DNA of 64,000 bases from Fibrobacterales bacterium (lineage in GTDB: Bacteria; Fibrobacterota; Fibrobacteria; Fibrobacterales; JAOPTW01): positions 1 through 64,000 of the forward strand of contig JAOPTW010000013.1 in the NCBI GenBank assembly GCA_051532035.1. The letters are read 5' to 3'. The notes below the pieces were generated by a model, which saw nothing but the letters and a program-made list of their open reading frames with translations, was not told the DNA's origin and searched no databases. This document shows positions 19,501-27,963 of the stretch, piece after piece (positions within the stretch are counted from its first letter, which is position 1; each line of letters starts with the position of its first letter). The translations under genes and the position numbers were made by a program.

Positions 19501-21281
19501 TTGAGTTTTTGACTATATCCATTCGTAGAATTTGATGATCCCCAACCATATCTTGAGTTCATTATTACTGCATGCATTCCACTACGAGTAGAGGTTGTCA
19601 ATTTTTCAGCAAGACAGTCAACATCAAAATGACCAGGATTACAGGCTTGAGTATATACAAATGCATATTGGTCATTTGTAAAATTAAGTGCATGAGTACC
19701 ACCGAGTTTCAGTGCATGGTTATTTGAACCATGACCAAGGTGGTTATAAATAGCATAATCGCCCGCATCAATTTTATTAACTAATTCTGATACATTCCAA
19801 ACAGCATCAAAGTCATAGAGAGTTTCAACGGTAAATTCCGGGTCAGCTGCAAATCCAGCTGTTGTATAGCCATGATTAGTTGATCCATCTTTGATTTCAT
19901 CCATGTAGTAATTTGCATACTTTGCAATACCGGTCCAACCCATGTCCTCTCCTACCATAAGTGTCTTTTTACGGAAAGGATCATTCAAGTCAAGGTTTGC
20001 ATGTGCAAGTGTTTTGTATACAAAGTTTGACATCTCTTCTGGGTTTTCTGCAGATGCTCTACCGATAAGAACTTCTGCCATAAAGTCAATGTCACCACCG
20101 TTAACACCATCAGTTTTTTCTCCCCAGATAGCATCACCGTCATAGTTCCAGCTACCATTAAGGCACTGAAAATAGACGTCAGTTGGGATGTCTTCAGAAT
20201 AAATACTATAAGTGAGAGGAATCTGTCTCATTGGAATGATGTTGATATCACCACCAAGAAGTACATAATCAGTTTCCCAGCCGTTATAGGCATCAGTTAT
20301 GAAGTTTCTGAGTTTTTCAGCATCATCAACACCAGTGTAGCCCTCAAGTACATCCTCAATAGCTACGATAGTAGCAGAGGTACCGTTCGCTTCTTTGTGT
20401 GCAACAAGATCACGGAGAGTTACATCAGTATTTGCATCACGAATCTCTTCAGACGTTACGATAACATACTGAAAGCTTTCAGATGCGTCTACTAATGGGC
20501 CAAGTGGTTGTATTTGTGATAATGGAGTAGCAGTAGAATATGAAGAGAGGTCTTCTGGATTCTCTACGTTCATTGTTGCAGCGTTAACAGGCGCTACGCG
20601 AAGTTTTCGCCCAGAATTAAGTGGAGCTTCTTTTGTGGTAACAACTTCGACAGAGATATCTGTGTAGTAAGTTATAACACCACTTTTAGGCTGATATTCA
20701 ACAGGATTAACCTGTACAAAACCAACGCGTACTCCACGTTTTTCCTGGATGCTGATCACTTGGTGTCCCGTCGCTGGAAAAATAGCGTCAGAATTGTAGA
20801 TTTCAGCTTTAGGTGTCGCTTTTCTTACATTGCTCCAAATAGATGATAGAGGAGTGGCTTCTTCGCCATGCTCAATAACATGTGACCCGGGAACAACAAC
20901 TTTTCCCTTACGTGTTACTTTTACCTTCTCTAGTGTTTCGCCCTCAGGTATGATAAATTGAACAGGTATTGTTGGAAGTTTTGGCTCACCTACTTCGCTT
21001 GTTAACGGAGCATTACCGAGAATGAGGCTTTTAGTAACTTCACCACTCAAAGGAGCCTCAAGAGAGATGACCTTGAGGTCAGGTGTAGAATAACGCAGCT
21101 TTAGATTTTCTGATTTCTTAGATTCACGTTTAACCAGTATAGAGGTTTCGCCCTTCTTTTCTTTTAATGCACGCGTAGGATGCCAAGTGTCATTTGCTGT
21201 ATTCGCCGAGAGTGGCGAAAAAGCAACCAGACATGACATAAACATCCATCCCAGTTTGCTGAACATTTGTCTTTGTTTCAT
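16584..21281 (-). CDS. Gingipain-like C25 cysteine peptidase with propeptide, two F5/8 (CBM32-like), Ig-like and two CBM4/9-like modules
   Basis: GEPKLP propeptide; YVLLGGD, IGR, HLGHG (His), TQAC (Cys), LFGDP; AIDGNATTRWSS and VNDGSTTTRWSS; NLIKNGEF and NMITNGDF. Confidence 0.85.
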   Translation of the reverse strand: MKQRQMFSKLGWMFMSCLVAFSPLSANTANDTWHPTRALKEKKGETSILVKRESKKSENLKLRYSTPDLKVISLEAPLSGEVTKSLILGNAPLTSEVGEPKLPTIPVQFIIPEGETLEKVKVTRKGKVVVPGSHVIEHGEEATPLSSIWSNVRKATPKAEIYNSDAIFPATGHQVISIQEKRGVRVGFVQVNPVEYQPKSGVITYYTDISVEVVTTKEAPLNSGRKLRVAPVNAATMNVENPEDLSSYSTATPLSQIQPLGPLVDASESFQYVIVTSEEIRDANTDVTLRDLVAHKEANGTSATIVAIEDVLEGYTGVDDAEKLRNFITDAYNGWETDYVLLGGDINIIPMRQIPLTYSIYSEDIPTDVYFQCLNGSWNYDGDAIWGEKTDGVNGGDIDFMAEVLIGRASAENPEEMSNFVYKTLAHANLDLNDPFRKKTLMVGEDMGWTGIAKYANYYMDEIKDGSTNHGYTTAGFAADPEFTVETLYDFDAVWNVSELVNKIDAGDYAIYNHLGHGSNNHALKLGGTHALNFTNDQYAFVYTQACNPGHFDVDCLAEKLTTSTRSGMHAVIMNSRYGWGSSNSTNGYSQKLNREFWDGYFNEGLSTLGALNADSHEDKIAYAGGTIMRWVIFETTLFGDPQTILNEAIVPVTDVALNKTATSSSYEDGTVLAQNAIDGNATTRWSSLWTNDEWIAVDLQGTFDVSKVVLNWETACAKIYEVQSSVNGVNWTTEQTISNGTPGVIEIPVSITGINHMRIKTLERSTAWGNSLFDFEVYGVPGELPDPELTSIQVNDMTYNINEGKDLDYTAYDQYGNVMNIALSSVDCAGGQYVNQNHFQAGSTPGTYPLTINAGAVSGSATLTVVDPNAAENLIKNGEFNDGSLHWSLSNAMDAIASGSTSGSQLHLSISNGGSDAWNVQYEQGDIAIEAGKEYILSFSARAQSSRSVDVIVEKDGSPWTSYSSQVTYAISSSWDTYTETFTAGYTDANARLVINAGGSSSDLYFDNISLTEKSQEPPTLTSVVVDPKTVSVDETFSPTFETYDQFGNEFFVSIPPTFSIVGTSCSHIAQYIFRANSAGTCTATVSFSWNGGYIRGSAPVTVVEEQEVTRIDVDNITLDLNQTKVITYRVYDQNDIQMTVTSEIDQHIYMVGQGVLVNKPTVTGTSEGTGQVTVRYQPSQYIRIEGNASVTVTERHDPVLISQNKPVLASSTEGTNYNSYVNDGSTTTRWSSDFADPQWIEIDLQGTFTVTSVSLNWETAAASNYTIEVTADGSTWHPIETVTNGNGGLDQFTFNEENVAKIRMHGTQRTTEWGYSLYEFQVYGIEGVREPSYLADLKVDPVTTTEGEMFTVSCSGLDQYGDAYTISATPSYTISTPSAATQVGMNYFSANTAGSYTYTCATGGLTKSASLTINPEGGINMITNGDFMQQLTGWNLENFETASASASVENGNGKITISNAGTASWNVQFKQGGLELVNGKSYTLSFDAWSQYPRDIEVKLEKDGSPWTPYSGTTSIYAINGGSTTVTNTFTMTEATDMNARIVFNVGGNSIDVNIDNVTLVEN

Positions 21282-21688
21282 TATTTAATTTCCCTTTATA
21301 TTTGTTTGTTTGTCCCATATTTGTTTTTTTCCCAGTAATCACTTGCTAGGATGGTGCAACGATACAAAGTGGTAATTTTTAAAAGGATTATGTAATTAAA
21401 TATTTACATAGACTCAAAAAGATAAAATACAATGAGTGCACAATAAAAGATTTAAGTGCACAAATATAGGGCGATGTACCCAAAAGTTTAGTTCTATTAC
21501 AAATGACATGATACACCCTGCACAACTTAATTAGTTGAATAGAGTTTGTCTTTATAATGAATTCAATATAGAACTGGTTTCTTAATGCTCACAATTTGAG
21601 AGCAATTAGTTTTGTAAGGAAGCATTTGTTTTAGGGTACCCTCAACATAATTCTACCTTTTATGTTTTATAACAATCAAGGAGTACTT

Positions 21689-23146
21689 ATGAAAAATTTA
21701 GCCCCTTTAATCCTTATACTATTCACCTGCTATTTATTCACTGGGTGCATGGGCGAAACTAACTGGGTCCCTGAAAGCGACTCCTCCGAAGTATCATCTC
21801 AAGAAGCAATAGCAATGAGTTCTTTAACACAGGATCCAGGACCCTCTGAGAGTTCAGAAGATTCTGAAAGCCATGTAACTCCTGCAGAGCAATCCAGCCA
21901 AGAAGAGAGCATGGATGAACCTGAGTCTTCTCAAGAAATCCATGATAGTAATAACTCAGAAAAACTAAGCAGCTCTCAAAAAGTAAGGAGTAGCAGTAGT
22001 GAAAGCAGTGATGAAAGTAGCAGTAGTAGCAGTAGTGAAAGCAGTAATGAAAGTAGCAATCTAAGTAGTGATGATAATGTTTGTAATTGTTCGTATGCTG
22101 ATCCTGAAGTTGTATTAGAAGTCCGCTCCGAAGGCTGGGGAACGATATTGGACACTGTTATGATATATAAAGAAGGCATGGCAACACTCAGTATACAAGA
22201 GGAAAACCCTTATGATGGAGAAAACACGCACTATGCCATGAGAGCATTTGCCGCTGAACACTTTACCGAGATTATATCTGGCGAAGCAGATGTACCCTTT
22301 GAAGTAGACCTCGATCGTTCGTTTAACATAAATAGCCGAACTATCGGTGTGATAATAGGGTATCAGAGTTACTTTGGTGACTGTTATATTAGTGATAACA
22401 CTCTCACGGTACACTATACTGATGGCGAACAGGATGAGGTTACCACAGACTCTGAGGGGCGCTATGAAATTTTGAAATCCTCAGATGAAATCGAAAAGGT
22501 AACGTTCACTCTTGATGACGTGGATTTTGAATTCACTCCCGATTCCTCCTACTATGACTATATCTTCCTAGAGCCCATGCAAATGGCAGCTCCGTATATA
22601 TACCTCTACCCCGAAGAAGCGCAACAAGTATCTGTGGCGCTAGACTTAATCCTTGAGGGTTCTATCGTTGTTTCAGACCCTGCCTATGGCACTGGATGGA
22701 CGGTAACCGCAGAACCCAGTGGACTCCTTGATGGGAAATACCCCTACCTCTTTTATGAGGCAAATCAGGCAATACCCATGCAGATGGAAACTGGCTGGGT
22801 TATTGATGGCACCGACCTCAGCGGTGAGCTCACCGAGCTACTCACTGATCTTGGTCTCATAGAATCAGAAATTGAAGACTTCTTAGGGTTCTGGCTCCCC
22901 GTACTTGAACCATCAGCTTACTATGCAGTATTTCCCCAAGATATCGACAGTATGGTGCGCCTCGTTGTTGACCCTAAGCCACAAACCGTTATACGGGTTC
23001 TCTTGTTCATGACTCCAATGAAATACGCTGCTGATCTTATCAAGCCACAACTTCCCACTGTCCCAGAACGAGATGGTTTCACGGTAGTTGAATGGGGAGT
23101 ACTCGTACCACCGGGGGCACTGCCTGCATTATCAGTGGATGAATAA
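21689..23146 (+). CDS. Lipoprotein with Ser/Glu-rich linker and C-terminal PxIYLYP...YLFYE...VVEWG domain of unknown function
   Basis: RBS AAGGAG; lipobox FTGC; PYIYLYP, P.Y..GW.V.A.P.G, YPYLFYE, EDF..FWLP, R.GFTVVEWG. Confidence 0.7.
   Translation: MKNLAPLILILFTCYLFTGCMGETNWVPESDSSEVSSQEAIAMSSLTQDPGPSESSEDSESHVTPAEQSSQEESMDEPESSQEIHDSNNSEKLSSSQKVRSSSSESSDESSSSSSSESSNESSNLSSDDNVCNCSYADPEVVLEVRSEGWGTILDTVMIYKEGMATLSIQEENPYDGENTHYAMRAFAAEHFTEIISGEADVPFEVDLDRSFNINSRTIGVIIGYQSYFGDCYISDNTLTVHYTDGEQDEVTTDSEGRYEILKSSDEIEKVTFTLDDVDFEFTPDSSYYDYIFLEPMQMAAPYIYLYPEEAQQVSVALDLILEGSIVVSDPAYGTGWTVTAEPSGLLDGKYPYLFYEANQAIPMQMETGWVIDGTDLSGELTELLTDLGLIESEIEDFLGFWLPVLEPSAYYAVFPQDIDSMVRLVVDPKPQTVIRVLLFMTPMKYAADLIKPQLPTVPERDGFTVVEWGVLVPPGALPALSVDE
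21989..22060 (+). repeat. 36-bp in-frame tandem duplication in the Ser linker
   Basis: AGTAGCAGTAGTGAAAGCAGT(G/A)ATGAAAGTAGCA(G/A)T twice, 2 mismatches. Confidence 0.85.
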
Positions 23147-23358
23147 TTAGGCTGATTTATTTCGTAAGTGCACCAGTGAGTGTTTGAAAGAAAGTGAGTG
23201 ATATACTATACTCGTTTTCGCCCAAAAACAAACGCTCATGCTGCATTCATGGAAGTATCGGAAGCGGTTCATTTGAAAAGTAGAGCTTTACTGAAATCTC
23301 ATACTCTTCGGCCCCACACCCAGCATATATGGCATCATAGTCGCCATGAGCATTACCT

Positions 23359-24042
23359 CTAAAAGGTTACCTTAATAGTTACTTGATAGCTTCTTGCATG
23401 GGGGTCATATGATAATAAGGCATAACTGGTATATAGAAGGCCAAAGCCACCTGTAACACCACCAACTCTCAACCAAGAGTAAGGCTCGTCTACAATTTGT
23501 GTATACAGTAATTCCGCACCCATGGTTAGTAACCCAGCAGTAATTGTCAAGAGCAACGACTCATAGAGCTTTATTCGTATATCATTTTCAACATTTTTAA
23601 CGATTGATATACTATCAATAGCGTTTTGGCGCTTATTAAAGCTATCGAGAAGCAGTCTATCATACACTCGATCGAAAGGAGTACCATATTGATGTGGTTG
23701 TTTAATAGTTGCACGCAGTGTAGCATCTAGAATAGATGAGCGTTTGATTGGATAATTATCATTCGTAGTATGAACCACCACTGTGCATTCTGGAGTTGCA
23801 TCATACCGTGAATAACAACGCAGACCGTTCAATATGAGACGACGAGGAAATTTTAAAACATGAGTGGTATCGTAATAATCTTTATATATCATTGTATAGG
23901 TCATGGAATCGAGAGGACGCACTAAATCTTCGAATGAAGTAGTGTAGTCTGACCTAAAAACCTCCCGCTCAACTTCGCTTGAAAATGATTCACCCAATAA
24001 AAGAATAAAGAATAGAACGATAAAAAGACACATTGAATACAT
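23359..24042 (-). CDS. Hypothetical exported/membrane protein
   Basis: Signal peptide and two C-terminal hydrophobic segments. Confidence 0.55.
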   Translation of the reverse strand: MYSMCLFIVLFFILLLGESFSSEVEREVFRSDYTTSFEDLVRPLDSMTYTMIYKDYYDTTHVLKFPRRLILNGLRCYSRYDATPECTVVVHTTNDNYPIKRSSILDATLRATIKQPHQYGTPFDRVYDRLLLDSFNKRQNAIDSISIVKNVENDIRIKLYESLLLTITAGLLTMGAELLYTQIVDEPYSWLRVGGVTGGFGLLYTSYALLSYDPHARSYQVTIKVTF

Positions 24043-24135
24043 AGGCTACAGGAAGTTGAATACTAATCACTAAAGTATAGTAAAAAATAGAACAGGTGAA
24101 TATTTACTATATTTTAGAAAAAACATTGGAACGTT

Positions 24136-24795
24136 ATGCATATAAAACTTTTAGCATCTATACCCTTATGTATTCTTTTAGTATGCTGTACGCGTTCGAT
24201 ACAGCCGATACTATTCGATACTGCTACCCTCAATAGCATAAAAAACGATGAAGGTCTACTCGCCTTTATGGTCAATCAGGATGTACAACCTCTTATTAAG
24301 GTTACTGTTAAAAACTTAACTACTGGTGATCGATACATGATTACGTGCAATCATAAAAACATTGCCGCTCCACTAATCCCTGAAACACTTACTTCAGACA
24401 ATGATGCGGATTCTGTTGCCACCGTAACTCTTGCAGGCCTAGAAATACCAGTTAACACTATCGATACCGCCGCACTCAAAACGGCTATTTACCTCTACAC
24501 TTTACCTGCAGGTCCCTATATTTTTGAGTATTCGGACTTTATCTACAACAAAAATCACCGTTCAAGAGTTTCATTGGAAGTATCCGATACTATAAACATT
24601 TCTCCAGGCCAAATACAATCCCTTGGTTTTATTGATATAGAATTCGAAGAACGACTCTTTGGGAGATCTATAATAAATATAACCTCAACCAACGAGAGCC
24701 TACAACCTCTTTTAAATTTAACAGGTATAAAGAGCAACACACTTTTTAAAATTATAGATGATACTATTGAGGCACGTACTTACCGAAAAGAATAA
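24136..24795 (+). CDS. Hypothetical lipoprotein
   Basis: Lipobox LVCC; LPAG.Y...I.PGQI..LG.I pattern. Confidence 0.6.
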   Translation: MHIKLLASIPLCILLVCCTRSIQPILFDTATLNSIKNDEGLLAFMVNQDVQPLIKVTVKNLTTGDRYMITCNHKNIAAPLIPETLTSDNDADSVATVTLAGLEIPVNTIDTAALKTAIYLYTLPAGPYIFEYSDFIYNKNHRSRVSLEVSDTINISPGQIQSLGFIDIEFEERLFGRSIINITSTNESLQPLLNLTGIKSNTLFKIIDDTIEARTYRKE

Positions 24796-24881
24796 CTAGT
24801 TCCAGTCCACACAGTGCAGCAGTATACCCTGATGGTTGCACAAGTTGTGTAGATTAAATTACATACTAACCCAGGGAATCT

Positions 24882-26063
24882 ATGTATCAATCACTACTCA
24901 ATTTATTTTTCCTACTCGGTCTGTCGGGAGCTTTTTATGGATGTTCTTTTGATCCCGCTCCAAAACTCGTGCAATGCACACAATCCTATGAATATGGGCA
25001 GGGCTATTTTGCTACTCCACCTGAATTGTGGAGCACTGATTTTTCTCAATCAATATCAGGCGAACTTCCCGCACTATTACAAACAAAGCTGGAAGTAATT
25101 GTAGATTCGATTTTAAGAAAAACTCCAGCAGTAAGTATTGCTATTGGTATCCCTGGTGTGGGTCGCTGGAGCATTCATAAAGGTCTCACGATTTCAACAG
25201 GTACCGATTCTGTTCTCCCTCACCAACAATTCCAGGCAGGGAGCATCACAAAACTATTTGTTTCAACTGTTATGCAGCAGCTCATAGAAGAAGGAAAAGT
25301 ATCTCTATCTGATACCCTCGCACAGTGGTATCCCGAGGTTCCCTTTTCAAATTACATTTCCATACAACAATTACTTCGTAATACTACAGGGCTCAACAAT
25401 TTTAACGATCTTCCATCTATGACGCCTACCTATAGAAGCCCTGATTCAATAATTGCTACTATCACTGAAAATGATTTTTATTTTTGCCCAGGGCGATCAG
25501 GATTATATTCAAATACCGGATATCTTATATTAGGAAGACTTATTGAGCACATTGAACAGAAAAGCCTGCATGCCGTTTTCCAGGAAAAAATTGTACAAAA
25601 TATCTCTTTAGAGCATACAGCACTGAGACACAAAGGTGACACTATTCAGGTTGTAGGTGGCCACTCCAACGGAAGAACAGAATTTGTGCAAGACAACTAC
25701 GCAACCCCTTTTTCTGCTGGCTCTCTTTCGTCGCAGGCCCATGATCTCGTTACCTTTATGCACTCATTTATGAGTGGTGCCCTTCTTAAGACTACAACTG
25801 TGCATTCTATGCTGACCAATTTAACAAGTATGCCTCAATATGGCCCCGTCTTTTATGGTGCAGGAATTCAAGCATATTCTATCCTAGGCGGCCCAGGATA
25901 CATGGTAGGACATAGTGGTGGAATACCGGGTTTTAATGCAATATTGGTCTATGTTGTTCAAGACAACATCTTTATATCTGTCATGCATAACGACAAAGAA
26001 ATCCCTGTAGAAGTCAGTTTATGGGATATCGTTAAAGCTGTAAGAGAGTATCGAGAAAATTAG
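24882..26063 (+). CDS. Serine hydrolase of the beta-lactamase/D-Ala carboxypeptidase family, lipoprotein
   Basis: SxxK (GSITK), YSN, GHSG motifs; lipobox FYGC. Confidence 0.88.
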   Translation: MYQSLLNLFFLLGLSGAFYGCSFDPAPKLVQCTQSYEYGQGYFATPPELWSTDFSQSISGELPALLQTKLEVIVDSILRKTPAVSIAIGIPGVGRWSIHKGLTISTGTDSVLPHQQFQAGSITKLFVSTVMQQLIEEGKVSLSDTLAQWYPEVPFSNYISIQQLLRNTTGLNNFNDLPSMTPTYRSPDSIIATITENDFYFCPGRSGLYSNTGYLILGRLIEHIEQKSLHAVFQEKIVQNISLEHTALRHKGDTIQVVGGHSNGRTEFVQDNYATPFSAGSLSSQAHDLVTFMHSFMSGALLKTTTVHSMLTNLTSMPQYGPVFYGAGIQAYSILGGPGYMVGHSGGIPGFNAILVYVVQDNIFISVMHNDKEIPVEVSLWDIVKAVREYREN

Positions 26064-26069
26064 TCGCTT

Positions 26070-26097
26070 AACTGACCACTAAATCGGGTGAAGTCCA
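26070..26097. mobile_element. Orphan IS3-family-like terminal inverted repeat
   Basis: Minus strand TGGACTTCACCCGATTTAGTGGTCAGTT resembles IS3-family TG ends; no transposase. Confidence 0.4.
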
Positions 26098-26143
26098 AAT
26101 ACCCAAAATCTCTACCAAAAACAAAATATACTGTTATTTGTAC

Positions 26144-26175
26144 TTGACTCCGGGCTATAGTCTAGGTTGTATCTT
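26144..26175 (+). promoter_or_regulatory. MerR-family-type promoter/operator (orphan)
   Basis: TTGACT, 20-bp spacer with imperfect dyad centred on CTATAG, then TATCTT. Confidence 0.55.
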
Positions 26176-26191
26176 TAATAGAGGAGGAAAA

Positions 26192-26236
26192 ATGAAGATC
26201 GAATTGATATACGCCGGGGTTGGAAGCCCTTTATAA
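26192..26236 (+). pseudogene. Truncated first gene of a metal-resistance-like operon (MKIELIYAGVGSPL*)
   Basis: Strong RBS GAGGAGG directly behind the MerR-type promoter; frame closes after 14 codons. Confidence 0.4.
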
Positions 26237-26302
26237 TTAAATGTAAGACTGCTTATGATTTTTATAGCAGTCTTATTTGTAGAGAAATCGCCCCCAAAAG
26301 AA

Positions 26303-27961
26303 CTACAGTCCAATAGACTTTTTCATATCTTCTACAGCACCTTCAAGCCCATCGAGAATGCCATGATAGGTATTGATTGCATCTTCCCATACAGGAATAG
26401 TCTGAGCTTTATAGGGGTACCCGCCCTGATCTGGCCATGTATCCGCATTACCTGTGGGAAAGTTTTCTGCAATCTCTTCCATAACCGGACGAATCTGTTC
26501 AGTCCATTTACTCAGTATTTCAGTACGTCGTGAAAGAACCCTATCTTCCAAGTCTGCAAATGCAGCGATGTATTCTTCCTGAAAACAAAACCACGCTTTG
26601 GTAAATCGGGACGTTGTCCCATCAGGGCATCCGGGATACCCGCCACTTTTTCCACTGTTGTTCCATAAGGAATACTTTGTGATGAGCCCCCGCATAAAGT
26701 CAGGATATTCAGGCATATCCATATCCCAGGGTATCATAATGATTTTTTCTGTTTTTGGGAGGACGGCCCAATAGGTATTATGACCACTGTCCCATGCTCC
26801 CATATAAGGCCCATCCCAATCATACACAGCGGTTGCCGTTACCACCTGGCGTGCGATACCGTCGGTCATTTCCCACTTTTTTAGAAAACGTGTAAGTGCA
26901 TTTTTTTTGGTACCCGCAGCTTTAAGGTCACTTTCAAAAGCTTTTACTACAGTATGGTCCGCTTCTTCTTCATTGGTCTTGAGATTTTCATTAAAAAATT
27001 CGTCAGTACTCATCTTATCATCGATAAGCGGCCAATAATGTTTATATACATTTCCTTCATCATCATTCAGATGATACCGCGTAAAACGTCCATCTATTTG
27101 TTCAACCACAAGGAATAATCCTTCCAGTTTACCATTTATTACTAGGCGTGCATAAGCGGTACGTGAGGCGGCAACTCCCATTTCACGATAGGCGAAGTAG
27201 GCAAACCGTTCTGACAAATGAGATTGACTGTGGTTCATTGTGTGAAACTGCATTTTTTTCAATCCATAAAAAAGCCGATCAGGATGGTCATCTGTATTAA
27301 ACTTTACTTTCATAGAGAGATTGCATATTTTTGCATGGTCTCCGCATGGTGACCAAGCGCCATTTGATCCTTTATAACGGACCAAGATATTGCGCACAGT
27401 ATCTCCACGAAATACCATCGCTGCAGGCACATATTCTTCTTTTTTTGGCTCCGTATCCAAAAACGCTAAGTCTTGTGTCTCAATCAATAATTCATAATTA
27501 TGTACAGAATCGGGATGATAGATAAACCGAGTTGAATCACGCCAATCTTCAGTAGATAGTAGTGTTGTTCCAGGCAATGCCTCACGCTCAACATTTTCAC
27601 CGCGGAGTATTTCCTCTTCTAATACAGTATCTGAAGAACCCTCACTCATCTGTGCTTCTGCGCTACTTTCAACGGTATTAGAACTTACTCTTTCTACATT
27701 TTCAGAACTTGATACAGAATTCAGAGAACTCGACACTGCGTTCTCTGAACTCTCTGTCTGTTCTTGAGGATAATTACCCAAACTTGAACGTCCTGTCTCA
27801 TTACTACTCACACCAACCTGAGCACTATCTTCTGATGACACAACACTCTCTAATGGTGCAGATGAATTGGAGCACCCAGATATGAGCATTAACGTGCACA
27901 TTACTAATACAATTTTTTGAATATACATTTTCACAACTATCCTCTCTTGTTGTTCATCCAA
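26303..27961 (-). CDS. cotH: CotH-family kinase lipoprotein (paralogue 2)
   Basis: VRYKGS, KVKFN, FYGLKK, LVVEQID, DWD, HN.YW, IPWD.D; lipobox ISGC (true start probably about 27928). Confidence 0.8.
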   Translation of the reverse strand: MDEQQERIVVKMYIQKIVLVMCTLMLISGCSNSSAPLESVVSSEDSAQVGVSSNETGRSSLGNYPQEQTESSENAVSSSLNSVSSSENVERVSSNTVESSAEAQMSEGSSDTVLEEEILRGENVEREALPGTTLLSTEDWRDSTRFIYHPDSVHNYELLIETQDLAFLDTEPKKEEYVPAAMVFRGDTVRNILVRYKGSNGAWSPCGDHAKICNLSMKVKFNTDDHPDRLFYGLKKMQFHTMNHSQSHLSERFAYFAYREMGVAASRTAYARLVINGKLEGLFLVVEQIDGRFTRYHLNDDEGNVYKHYWPLIDDKMSTDEFFNENLKTNEEEADHTVVKAFESDLKAAGTKKNALTRFLKKWEMTDGIARQVVTATAVYDWDGPYMGAWDSGHNTYWAVLPKTEKIIMIPWDMDMPEYPDFMRGLITKYSLWNNSGKSGGYPGCPDGTTSRFTKAWFCFQEEYIAAFADLEDRVLSRRTEILSKWTEQIRPVMEEIAENFPTGNADTWPDQGGYPYKAQTIPVWEDAINTYHGILDGLEGAVEDMKKSIGL

Positions 27962-27963
27962 TG

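Noticed and set aside
24105..24119. TACTATATTTTAGAA, one mismatch to the palindrome
   Set aside because: Single copy, no sigma54 box nearby, plausible by chance in AT-rich DNA.
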